In this document: positions 8,156-16,849 of the stretch, piece after piece
How positions within the stretch are numbered: the stretch's first letter is position 1
Layout of the letters: each line of letters begins with the position of its first letter
Assembly: GCA_963560005.1 (NCBI GenBank)
Contig: CAUWNG010000027.1
Coordinates: 1-27,997, forward strand
Source of the DNA: an uncultured Clostridia bacterium
GTDB lineage: Bacteria; Bacillota; Clostridia; TANB77; CAG-508
Direction of reading: 5' to 3'
DNA: 27,997 nucleotides
Made by a program: the position numbers and the translations under genes
Notes under the pieces: generated by a model
What the model saw: the letters and a program-made list of their open reading frames with translations, nothing else
Database searches by the model: none
Told to the model about the DNA's origin: nothing

Positions 8156-10121
8156 AAAACATAAAAAAGAAGTTGAAGAAGTACATAATGATTACACAAA
8201 ACCATCAAGATATGAGATTTTAAGAAAAAAGACAATTAAAGAATTAATTGCTCCATCTGGAATAGATGTTAGTAATATAGATCATTTAAAAATAATATCA
8301 AATGTTACTAGATATGCAAGAAGCTTTTTTGTATCAGCACTACCAAGAATGTGTACATTTCCAGAATTATTTAGAGATATGTATTTATTTGGGGATATAA
8401 ATACATCAATATATATAAACCCAATTCCAGAATCTAGATCACAAAATGAGTTAAATAGAGTAATTAATGAATTAGAAACAGAAAGAATAGTTGCAGCAGA
8501 TAGAGGAAATATAAATAGGGAAAGTACAGTAGGGCAAAAGAGATTTGAAGCAGAACAGTTAAGGGATGAAATAGCAGCTGGTTATAATAAACTTTATGAA
8601 GCTTCTATAGTATCTACTTTATTTGCATATAGTCTTGAAGATTTAGATAAATATACAAAATTATTATCAACAGAAATGTCAAAATCTTTAGTGGCTGTAA
8701 AAAGTGCATGGGGAATTCAAGAGGAAGCGTTTAAATCAAATCTTCCACTTATGGATGATAAAATAAAAAGAAATCATACTTTTGATCGTAGGTCAATGGG
8801 AACAGTATTTCCATTTACAACTTCAGAAGTAGGACATCCTTCAGGAATACCTTTAGGTATAAATAAACAAACTGGTGTACCAATATTGTTTGATAACTTT
8901 CATAGTTCATTAACAAATTATAATATGGTTATATTTGCTAAATCTGGTGCTGGTAAATCAGTTACAATGAAAACTTTAATTTCTAGGTCCGCAGTTCTTA
9001 TGGGAATACAAAGTTTAGCACTAGATGCAGAAGGCGAATATAGTATAGTTGCAGAAAGTTTAGGTGGAATAAATATAGTACTTTCACCTACATCAAAAAC
9101 CGTTATAAATATATTTGATATAGAAACAGAAATTATAAAAGACGAAATAACAGGAAGAGAAAGATTAGTTTTAAATGTAGAAAACAAAGTAGAAGATGTT
9201 ACACAAGCTTTAATAACTATGGCAAGAGGAAGCACAAGAAGTCAAGAAGTAAACGAACTTACAAAACAAATTATAGCAGAATCTGTAGCAGAAGAATATG
9301 CAAGTTTAGGAATAACTTCTGATCCAAATAGTTTATATGAAGCATCTAATACAGGAATGTCAGGAAATATGCTTGGCAGAGATAAAAAGAAGATGCCTAC
9401 TATAGGTTCATGGTACAAAAGAATTCAAGCAAAAGCAAGAGATAACACTAATGTGGATTATAATTTCCACTATAGCTATTTACTAAAGGTAATGAAACAA
9501 TATATAAGAGAGTATGATGGCCAGATGGCATATTTTGATGGACAATCTACATTTGATTTATTGGATGGTACATTATTTATAAATTTGGATATTTCACAAT
9601 TGGAAGAAAGATTTGCAAGACCACTTGCACAACAAATTTTACTTGCATGGATTTGGGAAAAATATGTTAAAAAGAATAGCGAAGATAAAACAAAAGCAGC
9701 TAAAAAAAGAGTTTTAGTTGATGAAGCATGGATGTTGCTTCCATATCCAGAAGCAGTAGACTTTTTAAATACAATGGCACGTCGTGCTAGAAAAAGAAAT
9801 GTTTCTTTGGCTATTATTTCGCAAAGATTCCAAGACTTTTATGAAAAACCAGAAGCACAAGCAGTACTTACATCTTCTGATACGAAATTGTTTTTAGCAC
9901 AAGATAAGTCAGAAATACAATATTTAAAAGAAGTATTTAAATTAAGTGCAGGAGAAGCTAACTTTTTAATTACATGTTTTAAGGGTGAAGGACTATTAAA
10001 AGTAGGACCAGATAGTGCAATAATACAAATTCAACCAACGGCAAAAGAATTTGAATTTGTTGAAACAAACCTAAATAAATTAATGCAGATGAAACAGAAA
10101 AAAATACAATCAAATTATTAG
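8148..10121 (+). CDS. VirB4-family T4SS ATPase (TraE/PrgJ/ConE-like)
   Basis: 657 aa. Walker A 'IFAKSGAGKSVTMKTL' and Walker B 'RVLVDEAWMLL' are present. 'SLAIISQRFQDF' and the N-terminal 'IAPSGIDVS...' segment are typical of Gram-positive VirB4 proteins. AGGAGG at 8131-8136. Confidence 0.85.
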   Translation: MFKKHKKEVEEVHNDYTKPSRYEILRKKTIKELIAPSGIDVSNIDHLKIISNVTRYARSFFVSALPRMCTFPELFRDMYLFGDINTSIYINPIPESRSQNELNRVINELETERIVAADRGNINRESTVGQKRFEAEQLRDEIAAGYNKLYEASIVSTLFAYSLEDLDKYTKLLSTEMSKSLVAVKSAWGIQEEAFKSNLPLMDDKIKRNHTFDRRSMGTVFPFTTSEVGHPSGIPLGINKQTGVPILFDNFHSSLTNYNMVIFAKSGAGKSVTMKTLISRSAVLMGIQSLALDAEGEYSIVAESLGGINIVLSPTSKTVINIFDIETEIIKDEITGRERLVLNVENKVEDVTQALITMARGSTRSQEVNELTKQIIAESVAEEYASLGITSDPNSLYEASNTGMSGNMLGRDKKKMPTIGSWYKRIQAKARDNTNVDYNFHYSYLLKVMKQYIREYDGQMAYFDGQSTFDLLDGTLFINLDISQLEERFARPLAQQILLAWIWEKYVKKNSEDKTKAAKKRVLVDEAWMLLPYPEAVDFLNTMARRARKRNVSLAIISQRFQDFYEKPEAQAVLTSSDTKLFLAQDKSEIQYLKEVFKLSAGEANFLITCFKGEGLLKVGPDSAIIQIQPTAKEFEFVETNLNKLMQMKQKKIQSNY

Positions 10122-10130
10122 GAGGAAAAT

Positions 10131-12743
10131 ATGAAATCGCTAACAAGCAAAGGATTAACACAAAAGATTATAATAGCTATAGTAATATTAATATTGTTTA
10201 ACTTTGTTGTTCCAACATATTCATCTGCAACAGATCCAGACGTACCAGCTCAAGACCAACAAATACATGGGGATACTGATGATAAAGGAAAAGAAACTGA
10301 CGGAAGTTTTGGAGGGGTTTTGTTAGGACCAGTAATAGATTTATTTGTAGGCTTATTTGATTCTATATTGGCAGGACTACAATTCTTTATGTATGATGGT
10401 ACATTAGGAGGCGGAGATGGTATAACAGAAGGATTTTTGGTAAGTGCATCTGAATGGGGTACAATTTCAAGTAAATATCCAGATATGTCTTACAATGCAT
10501 CAACAGGAACTGATGTAGTTGAAATAAATGCAGAAAAGTTAGATAAAGGCTGGATAAATGGAATGTTTTCATGGGTTGGACTTAATGGTGTAAATGCAGA
10601 TAATTATGGAATACCGGTAATACAATACACACCAGAAAAAATATTTTCTAACAAAGTTCCTGCTTTGCAAGTTAATTTTATAAATCCTACTTCATATAAT
10701 GATGATGGTATGAATAACAAAAATATTGCAGAACAAATACGACCTACAATTGCAAGTTGGTATGTTGGACTAAGAAATTTAGCAACAGTTGGATTATTAT
10801 CAGTTTTAATGTATATTGGTATAAGGATAATTATTTCAAGTACAGGTTCAGATAAAGCAAAATACAAAAAAATGTTAATGGATTGGTTAGTTGCTTTATG
10901 TATTTTGTTCTTCTTACATTATATAATGGCATTTATGTTAGAAGTAACAGAAACTATTATAAATGGCATAGAAATTAATAATCAAATACCAGTTAGTACT
11001 ACAGGAACTGGAGGAGGAGTTAATTTTAATACAGATTTAACAGGACTTTGCAGATTTCAAGTACAGTATGCAAGTTTGGGTACAAGAGCAATATATTTGG
11101 TAATGTATATGGCATTAGTAATATGTACATGTATGTTTACATGGACTTATGTAAAAAGGGTTGTTACAATGGCATTTTTGACATTAATGGCACCGATGGT
11201 AGCGTTAACTTACCCTATAGATAAAATAAGGGACGGAAAAGCACAAGCTTTTAATTCATGGTTTAAAGAGTATTTATTTAACTTGTTAATTCAACCATTT
11301 CATTTATTAATATATTCTGCATTTTTGGGTTCATCAATGAATATTGCTACAGTTAATCCAATATTTGCTATAATGTTTTTAGCATTTTTAATACCAGCAG
11401 AAAAATTACTACGTAAATTCTTTGGAATTGGAGGAGAGACAGCAGGTGGATTAGGAGCAGCAGCTGGACTATTAGGTGGAGCAGCAGTATTTAAGAAATT
11501 AAGTGGAGCAGTAAATAAAGGAGCAAAAGGTGGTGGCGGTGGTTCTGCTTCAAAAGGAGTTAGAACTAAAGAAAATAACCAATTAGAATCAAGTAATTCA
11601 CCACGTGGCTTAACAGCATTTGCATCAGGTTCTGTGCCTATTACAGGAGAGAGAACACAAGCAAATCAAAATAGACAAGAAAATAAGACTGCTCAACAAC
11701 AAATGGTAGATGCGTATGATGAAAATAATTTTGGAACAAGCAACTTTGACCCAACAGAAAGAGATCAAATGGCAAGAGATGCATATCAACCATCAAATGA
11801 ACCAAATAATTATGCCCCAGAAGAATATGCACAAACATTAAGAGAATCTGGATATGATGAGAATGAAATAAATAAAATGATGGCTGATGATCCTAGATTT
11901 GCACAAAATACAAATTCAGAGAATACAAATTATTCACAAACGGAAGAACCACAAAGATTTACAAGAAAAACTACTACAGGAAATAGAATAAAGCAAAAAG
12001 CAGGAAGAATTGGTAGAGGAGTAGGAAATGTTGCTACAAAAGCAATAAAAAGAACTGTAAAAGCAGCACCTCGTATGGCTATGCGTGCAGGAACGACAGC
12101 AGCAGGAGCAGCAGTAGGAGTTGGAATGGGAATTGCAAGTGGAGACATGGATAATGTATTATCTATGGGAGCAGCAGGAGCCGCATTAGGAGGAACAGCA
12201 GGAGCAGATGCGGTAATGAATACTGCTTCAAGAGCTGCAAATACATTAAAGAATACATATAGAGAAGGGGCTTATGGTGAAGAAGAAGCAATTTTAAGAG
12301 AGCAGGCTAGAAACTTTAGCAAAGATGAAGCAAATAGAAATTATGTACGTCAACATTATAGGAATGAAGATGGAAGTAAACTTTCTAGAAGTCAATTGAA
12401 TCAAGCAATGGTAAGAGCAGCAGAATTAAATAATAATGGCGTAACAGATATGAAAGATATAGTAAAAGGTTTAAAATTAGAAGATGAAATTAATACTGAA
12501 CTTAGAGGAAAAGGAGTAAATAATAGTGCAGTTAGGGAAAGAATGGCAAGAGAACAAAGTACAACAATTATGAAACAAGTAAAAGGTAAAGACGCAGATT
12601 ACTTTAGAGATGAAAAGAAGATGACAAGTCTTAATAATTCTTATGTTAGAGAATTACAGTCTAGAGGCTTAAATAAAGAACAAGCACAATTACAAGCAAA
12701 TGATATAATTAACAAGATGAAAAAGCAAAGAGGAGCTTATTAA
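10131..12743 (+). CDS. VirB6/TrbL-like polytopic membrane protein with a long hydrophilic C-terminal extension
   Basis: 870 aa. It has a signal/anchor segment, an exposed domain, at least 5 TM helices (aa ~205-430), a Gly/Ala-rich segment, a Q/N/E-rich region, a second Gly/Ala hydrophobic patch (AGTTAAGAAVGVGMGIASG) and a charged tail. Its position after VirB4 is typical. Confidence 0.6.
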   Translation: MKSLTSKGLTQKIIIAIVILILFNFVVPTYSSATDPDVPAQDQQIHGDTDDKGKETDGSFGGVLLGPVIDLFVGLFDSILAGLQFFMYDGTLGGGDGITEGFLVSASEWGTISSKYPDMSYNASTGTDVVEINAEKLDKGWINGMFSWVGLNGVNADNYGIPVIQYTPEKIFSNKVPALQVNFINPTSYNDDGMNNKNIAEQIRPTIASWYVGLRNLATVGLLSVLMYIGIRIIISSTGSDKAKYKKMLMDWLVALCILFFLHYIMAFMLEVTETIINGIEINNQIPVSTTGTGGGVNFNTDLTGLCRFQVQYASLGTRAIYLVMYMALVICTCMFTWTYVKRVVTMAFLTLMAPMVALTYPIDKIRDGKAQAFNSWFKEYLFNLLIQPFHLLIYSAFLGSSMNIATVNPIFAIMFLAFLIPAEKLLRKFFGIGGETAGGLGAAAGLLGGAAVFKKLSGAVNKGAKGGGGGSASKGVRTKENNQLESSNSPRGLTAFASGSVPITGERTQANQNRQENKTAQQQMVDAYDENNFGTSNFDPTERDQMARDAYQPSNEPNNYAPEEYAQTLRESGYDENEINKMMADDPRFAQNTNSENTNYSQTEEPQRFTRKTTTGNRIKQKAGRIGRGVGNVATKAIKRTVKAAPRMAMRAGTTAAGAAVGVGMGIASGDMDNVLSMGAAGAALGGTAGADAVMNTASRAANTLKNTYREGAYGEEEAILREQARNFSKDEANRNYVRQHYRNEDGSKLSRSQLNQAMVRAAELNNNGVTDMKDIVKGLKLEDEINTELRGKGVNNSAVRERMAREQSTTIMKQVKGKDADYFRDEKKMTSLNNSYVRELQSRGLNKEQAQLQANDIINKMKKQRGAY

Positions 12744-12761
12744 AAATATGGAGGCTATAAT

Positions 12762-13712
12762 ATGTTAAACCAAATTATTAGATATTTTAATCAAAACGGA
12801 AGAAAAATAATAATAGGTGTGGCTGTTATAGCCTTTATTCTTATTATTATAACAACAATAAATTCTTTGATAGGACAACAACAAAAAAAAGAAAATACAG
12901 ATTCAAATGATTATATAGCAACAGATTTAGAAAAACCTGATGAATCTGTTATAAGTGGTGTTAATTTGTCAGAGGAAGCAGCAAAAATAAATGCAGAAGT
13001 AATAAAAAAATTTGTTGAAGCATGTAATAATAAAAATTATGAACAGGCCTATAATTTATTAAGCACAGAATGTAAAGAAGTTGAATATCCAACTTTAAAA
13101 GACTTTCAAAGTGATTATATTAAATATATGGTAAAAGAAAATGTATCATATCAATTAGAGTTATGGACAGTATATGATGGGTATGTAACATATAAAGTAA
13201 CATTTTACGAAGGTAATTTGTTGCAAAGTGGTGGAATAACACCAGAAAAAAATTATGTGGACTATATTACATTATTACAAGAAGAAAATGAAATTAAGTT
13301 AAATATTAATAAATTTGTAAAAAGAGAAAAAATTAATAAATCTGCAAAAGATAAAAATATAGAAATAATTATAAATACTAGAAATGTTTATATGGATTAT
13401 GAAATATATAATATAAATTTTAAAAATTATTCAGAAAAAAGTATTTTAATAAATGATGGAAAAGATTCAAACAATATTTATATAACTGATAAAAACAAAA
13501 ATCAATATATTTCATATATAAACGAAATACCACTTTCTAGTTTAGAACTAAAATCTGGTTTTCAAAAAATACTAAATGTTAAATTTGCAAAGGTTTATAA
13601 TATATATAGAGAGGTTGAAGATATTGTATTTAAAAATATAATATTAGATTTAGAACTATATAAAAATAATCCAAATAATGTGGAAAAATTGAATTTTAGA
13701 ATACCAATATAA
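12762..13712 (+). CDS. Bitopic membrane protein, possible VirB8/TcpC-like (NTF2-like) scaffold
   Basis: 316 aa with an N-terminal TM anchor (IIIGVAVIAFILIIITTI). The 'FVEACNNKNYEQAYNLLSTECKEVEYPTLKDFQSDYIKYM' motif is typical of NTF2-like/DUF4878-type domains. TGGAGG RBS. Confidence 0.4.
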   Translation: MLNQIIRYFNQNGRKIIIGVAVIAFILIIITTINSLIGQQQKKENTDSNDYIATDLEKPDESVISGVNLSEEAAKINAEVIKKFVEACNNKNYEQAYNLLSTECKEVEYPTLKDFQSDYIKYMVKENVSYQLELWTVYDGYVTYKVTFYEGNLLQSGGITPEKNYVDYITLLQEENEIKLNINKFVKREKINKSAKDKNIEIIINTRNVYMDYEIYNINFKNYSEKSILINDGKDSNNIYITDKNKNQYISYINEIPLSSLELKSGFQKILNVKFAKVYNIYREVEDIVFKNIILDLELYKNNPNNVEKLNFRIPI

Positions 13713-13725
13713 TGTGAGGTAAATT

Positions 13726-16700
13726 ATGGAATTTAATGAAAGGGATAATGAAGAGCCAATCGAAGGACAAGAAAATCAAAATACTGAAACACAAAATAAT
13801 TTAGCAGAAAAAGCCTATAATGATATAAAAGATACAGAACAAGGTGTTAAAGATGGAGTAAATTTAGCTAAAAATGTTTCAACAGGAAATGTTTTAGGAG
13901 CTGCTAAAAATGCACTTAATTTAGCAAAAAATAAAAAGGTTAGGAAAAAAATGATTAGGCATACAATAATAAGTATTCTAATGCCTGTTATTATTCTTAT
14001 TATTATTGCAACTTTTATATTGGGGATTTTTAATGCAGTAGGTAATACAATAAAAGATATATTGGATTCTATTGTAGATGCAATAGGCTCACTATTTATA
14101 ATTAAAGACGAGGGAATTATAATTACTGATGAGCAACTAGATGAGATTATAGATAAATTAAAGAAAAAAACAAACATAGACATATTAGATTTAAAATTAG
14201 CAGGAGATTTAGCAGAAACAAATTCTGCCAATTATGAAGAGGCAGTAAAAAAAGCAAATAGAAAATATGTTAAAAAATTTATAGAAGCTCAAGCAGTTAC
14301 AGAAGAGTTAAATAGAGAAAAGTATGCAGGAGATTCATTAAAAGGTGTTCCACCAAGAGTATTTATGTATAGGGCATTAGACACAGCTGAAACTACGGAT
14401 TTAAATAATCAAAAACGAATATATTATAAACCATACAATGAATATGAAAAAATGGTACAAGCTGGAGATGATAAAATAAGAGATTATTTTTCAATAGATG
14501 ATAAAGGGCAATTAGTTGTACCAGAAATAGTAACTACTATAATAGAAGAAAATGGAAAAGAAGTTTCAAGAATAAATAATATAGCATTAAGATATGTAAA
14601 TTACAAAGAAATGATAACACAATATACTACTTCGGCACAATTTTTCTTCATATTAGGATTAATTGTTCAAAATCCAGAATTTTTAGCAGCATTAACAGAT
14701 ATTATAAAAAATGATACAGAAATATATTTAACTTTAATGTATGATAAAACAACAGTAATAACAACAGAAACAATAGATTATGATTTGCAAAAAAAGAATA
14801 TAGAAATTATAGAAGAAAAAGATAAAGAAACCCAACAAGTAATTAGTAGAGAAGAAAAAATAACTTATGAGATAATTGGTAGTGGGCAAGATGTAACAAT
14901 AACAACAGTTATAACACAGACACCAAGTGTTAAAGTAACTTATGCTAAAACATGGATAATAGAACATACTATTATTTATGATAAAACAGTTAAGGGACCA
15001 GATGAAACAGGAAAAGCAGGACCAAGAAGATTACCAGATAAAGTTATTTCTGATGTTTTGAAACAAATAAATAGAACATATAATATGCTTGAAACAACAG
15101 AAACAGAGACATGGGGTGGAGGTAAAATAGTAAACCAAAAAGATAGAACAGGAGAAAAAGGAGATGGCAAAAAGAGTTTTATTGGTTTAATGGAAATACC
15201 ATTTAAAATACCAAATTCTATTAGAAAAGTGAGTGCTGATGGATATTTAATAAGTGGTACAGAAATGTTATTTTATCTATTGAGACAAAATTCTAATACA
15301 CAATATTTGGAAGATATTATGAGATACATAATGTATAAATATACAGGAAGAAATTATGGAGTAGAAGAACTTGATTATAGTATATTTAATCCAGAAGGTT
15401 TTTTAGTAGATGAAGGTTATGTTGGAGATGGCGGAGGTGCACACGATAATTTTCCAGGAGGAGGAAATAGTGGTGAAGGTGGTAATAATGGCAGTGGAAA
15501 TAATGGAGGAAGTGGAAATGTAGATTCTACAATTTCTAATGTGGCAGATTATTTATTCCAATTTTCTCATTCTAGTGAAGCACCACAATCAGCAGATGGA
15601 AAATATTATTTAATGTATAATGATGGAGCAGGTTGGCCAACAATTGGTAATGCAGATTTACAATGGAAATCGCACCATTCAAAATTTGCAGTTTCTGGAA
15701 TGGTACTTAAAGATGGAACTACAGAAACAAACGTACCTAATGTAGAAAGCTATGTAAATGGAAAGTTAGGTAAAGGACCTACTGCAAATTATGGAGAAGA
15801 AAATATAAGGGATAAAAAAATATATATTGAAAAAGGATTAGTAGATAAAATAGGTAATGATTTAATAAAAATAGAACTTAACAATTTGGCTAATTCACTA
15901 AAAGATTTAAATTTACCACAACATCAGTTATATGCTTTATTAGCTATAGTACATCAAAATGGGCATTTGCCTGAAAAAAATGGATATACATTTAAAGAAG
16001 TATATAAAGAAGGTATGGCAAAGTATGGCAAAGATACATATAAGCATTATATGTTTATTTGGGATAATTGGTGGTCATATATTAGTGGAAGTTATGCATC
16101 AGTTATGATAGCAAGGGAAGCTGCTTTTGAAACTTTTGTAAAAGGAAAATATAATGTATCAGATGCATTTTCAAGAAATTATTATATATATTATACAGCT
16201 GAACAAATAGCAAGGCATCCAGCAGCTCCAAATAGAGAAATAACAAGAACTCCAGAAAATGAAAAAGATATATTTTCACCAGGAGGTGGTTCATCAGGTG
16301 GAGGATCATCTGGAGGAACAAGTGGTTCAGGAGCTTCAAAGTACAATAGTTCTTCTGGAAAAGTATATACAGAATATAAGCAAAATAAAGGTGAATGGGC
16401 AGATGACCCTTATGCAGGTAGTACAATAAGTAAAGTTGGTTGTAGCTTAGCAGCTGTAGCTACTGCACTAAGTGGATATGGTTATGACTTTACACCAGGT
16501 AATTGGTCAACAACAGGTCAACAAAGTATACCAGGAATAGTAAAACAATATGCAACAAAATCACAAGTAATATATACAAATACTTCTAATACAAGTAGCT
16601 ATATAAGCGATATAGAAGCACATTTAAGAAAAGGACATCCTGTTATAGTATATGTTAATGGTTCTGGAACCTCAAAAAATAATAAATATTCATCAGTAGA

Positions 16701-16839
16701 GCACTGGATGACAATAACAGATATTGGCACTGATGGAAGAGTTTATGTATCTAATCCATATCATGGTTCTCCTACTGGTTGGGGCAATATAAACGATGTT
16801 GTAGTAGCTATGGGTGAGTACATAAAAGTTGAAAAATAG
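13726..16839 (+). CDS. T4SS-associated modular cell-wall hydrolase (VirB1/CwlT/PrgK analog): TM anchor, large exposed region, lysozyme-like domain, C-terminal cysteine peptidase
   Basis: 1037 aa with a TM helix at aa ~80-105. Two Gly-rich linkers are encoded at 15421-15530 and 16276-16340. A T4-lysozyme-like pattern E...D-x5-T-IG appears in 'SEAPQSADGKYYLMYNDGAGWPTIGNAD' (E at 15577, D at 15622, T at 15640). The C-terminal region looks like a papain-fold (C39-like/CHAP/NlpC-type) domain: 'KVGCSLAAVATAL' (Cys codon 16441) and 'EHWMTITD' (His codon 16702). Confidence 0.65.
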   Translation: MEFNERDNEEPIEGQENQNTETQNNLAEKAYNDIKDTEQGVKDGVNLAKNVSTGNVLGAAKNALNLAKNKKVRKKMIRHTIISILMPVIILIIIATFILGIFNAVGNTIKDILDSIVDAIGSLFIIKDEGIIITDEQLDEIIDKLKKKTNIDILDLKLAGDLAETNSANYEEAVKKANRKYVKKFIEAQAVTEELNREKYAGDSLKGVPPRVFMYRALDTAETTDLNNQKRIYYKPYNEYEKMVQAGDDKIRDYFSIDDKGQLVVPEIVTTIIEENGKEVSRINNIALRYVNYKEMITQYTTSAQFFFILGLIVQNPEFLAALTDIIKNDTEIYLTLMYDKTTVITTETIDYDLQKKNIEIIEEKDKETQQVISREEKITYEIIGSGQDVTITTVITQTPSVKVTYAKTWIIEHTIIYDKTVKGPDETGKAGPRRLPDKVISDVLKQINRTYNMLETTETETWGGGKIVNQKDRTGEKGDGKKSFIGLMEIPFKIPNSIRKVSADGYLISGTEMLFYLLRQNSNTQYLEDIMRYIMYKYTGRNYGVEELDYSIFNPEGFLVDEGYVGDGGGAHDNFPGGGNSGEGGNNGSGNNGGSGNVDSTISNVADYLFQFSHSSEAPQSADGKYYLMYNDGAGWPTIGNADLQWKSHHSKFAVSGMVLKDGTTETNVPNVESYVNGKLGKGPTANYGEENIRDKKIYIEKGLVDKIGNDLIKIELNNLANSLKDLNLPQHQLYALLAIVHQNGHLPEKNGYTFKEVYKEGMAKYGKDTYKHYMFIWDNWWSYISGSYASVMIAREAAFETFVKGKYNVSDAFSRNYYIYYTAEQIARHPAAPNREITRTPENEKDIFSPGGGSSGGGSSGGTSGSGASKYNSSSGKVYTEYKQNKGEWADDPYAGSTISKVGCSLAAVATALSGYGYDFTPGNWSTTGQQSIPGIVKQYATKSQVIYTNTSNTSSYISDIEAHLRKGHPVIVYVNGSGTSKNNKYSSVEHWMTITDIGTDGRVYVSNPYHGSPTGWGNINDVVVAMGEYIKVEK

Positions 16840-16849
16840 GAGGCAAAAG

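Noticed and set aside
11500-11560. 'GAKGGGGGSASKG' in the VirB6-like protein, and 'GEKGDGKKS' in the hydrolase (~15150-15176), as possible second P-loops.
   Set aside because: Neither fits GxxxxGK[S/T], and both sit in low-complexity or extracellular contexts without a Walker B. They are not NTPase sites.
13815-14231. A 138-aa ORF on the - strand. Similar - strand ORFs lie at 43..225, 1995..2243, 2319..2501, 2802..3131, 6041..6247, 8918..9235, 9979..10161, 10387..10572, 10604..10867, 11641..11838, 11930..12148, 14734..14967, 14976..15170, 16103..16426, 19158..19450, 19784..20112, 20979..21167, 21702..21917, 23452..24076, 26032..26244, 26992..27312 and 27654..27902.
   Set aside because: All lie entirely antisense to long + strand genes with recognisable motifs. 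They have low-complexity F/L/I/S-rich translations typical of the antisense strand of AT-rich coding DNA, and no RBS. They are shadow ORFs.
15421-15530. Gly/Asn/Ser-rich coding stretches (also at 16276-16340, 22900-22935 and 11440-11545) as collagen-like repeats or DNA tandem repeats.
   Set aside because: There is no G-X-Y triplet periodicity and no exact DNA tandem unit. They behave as flexible interdomain linkers or as part of the glycine-rich domain.
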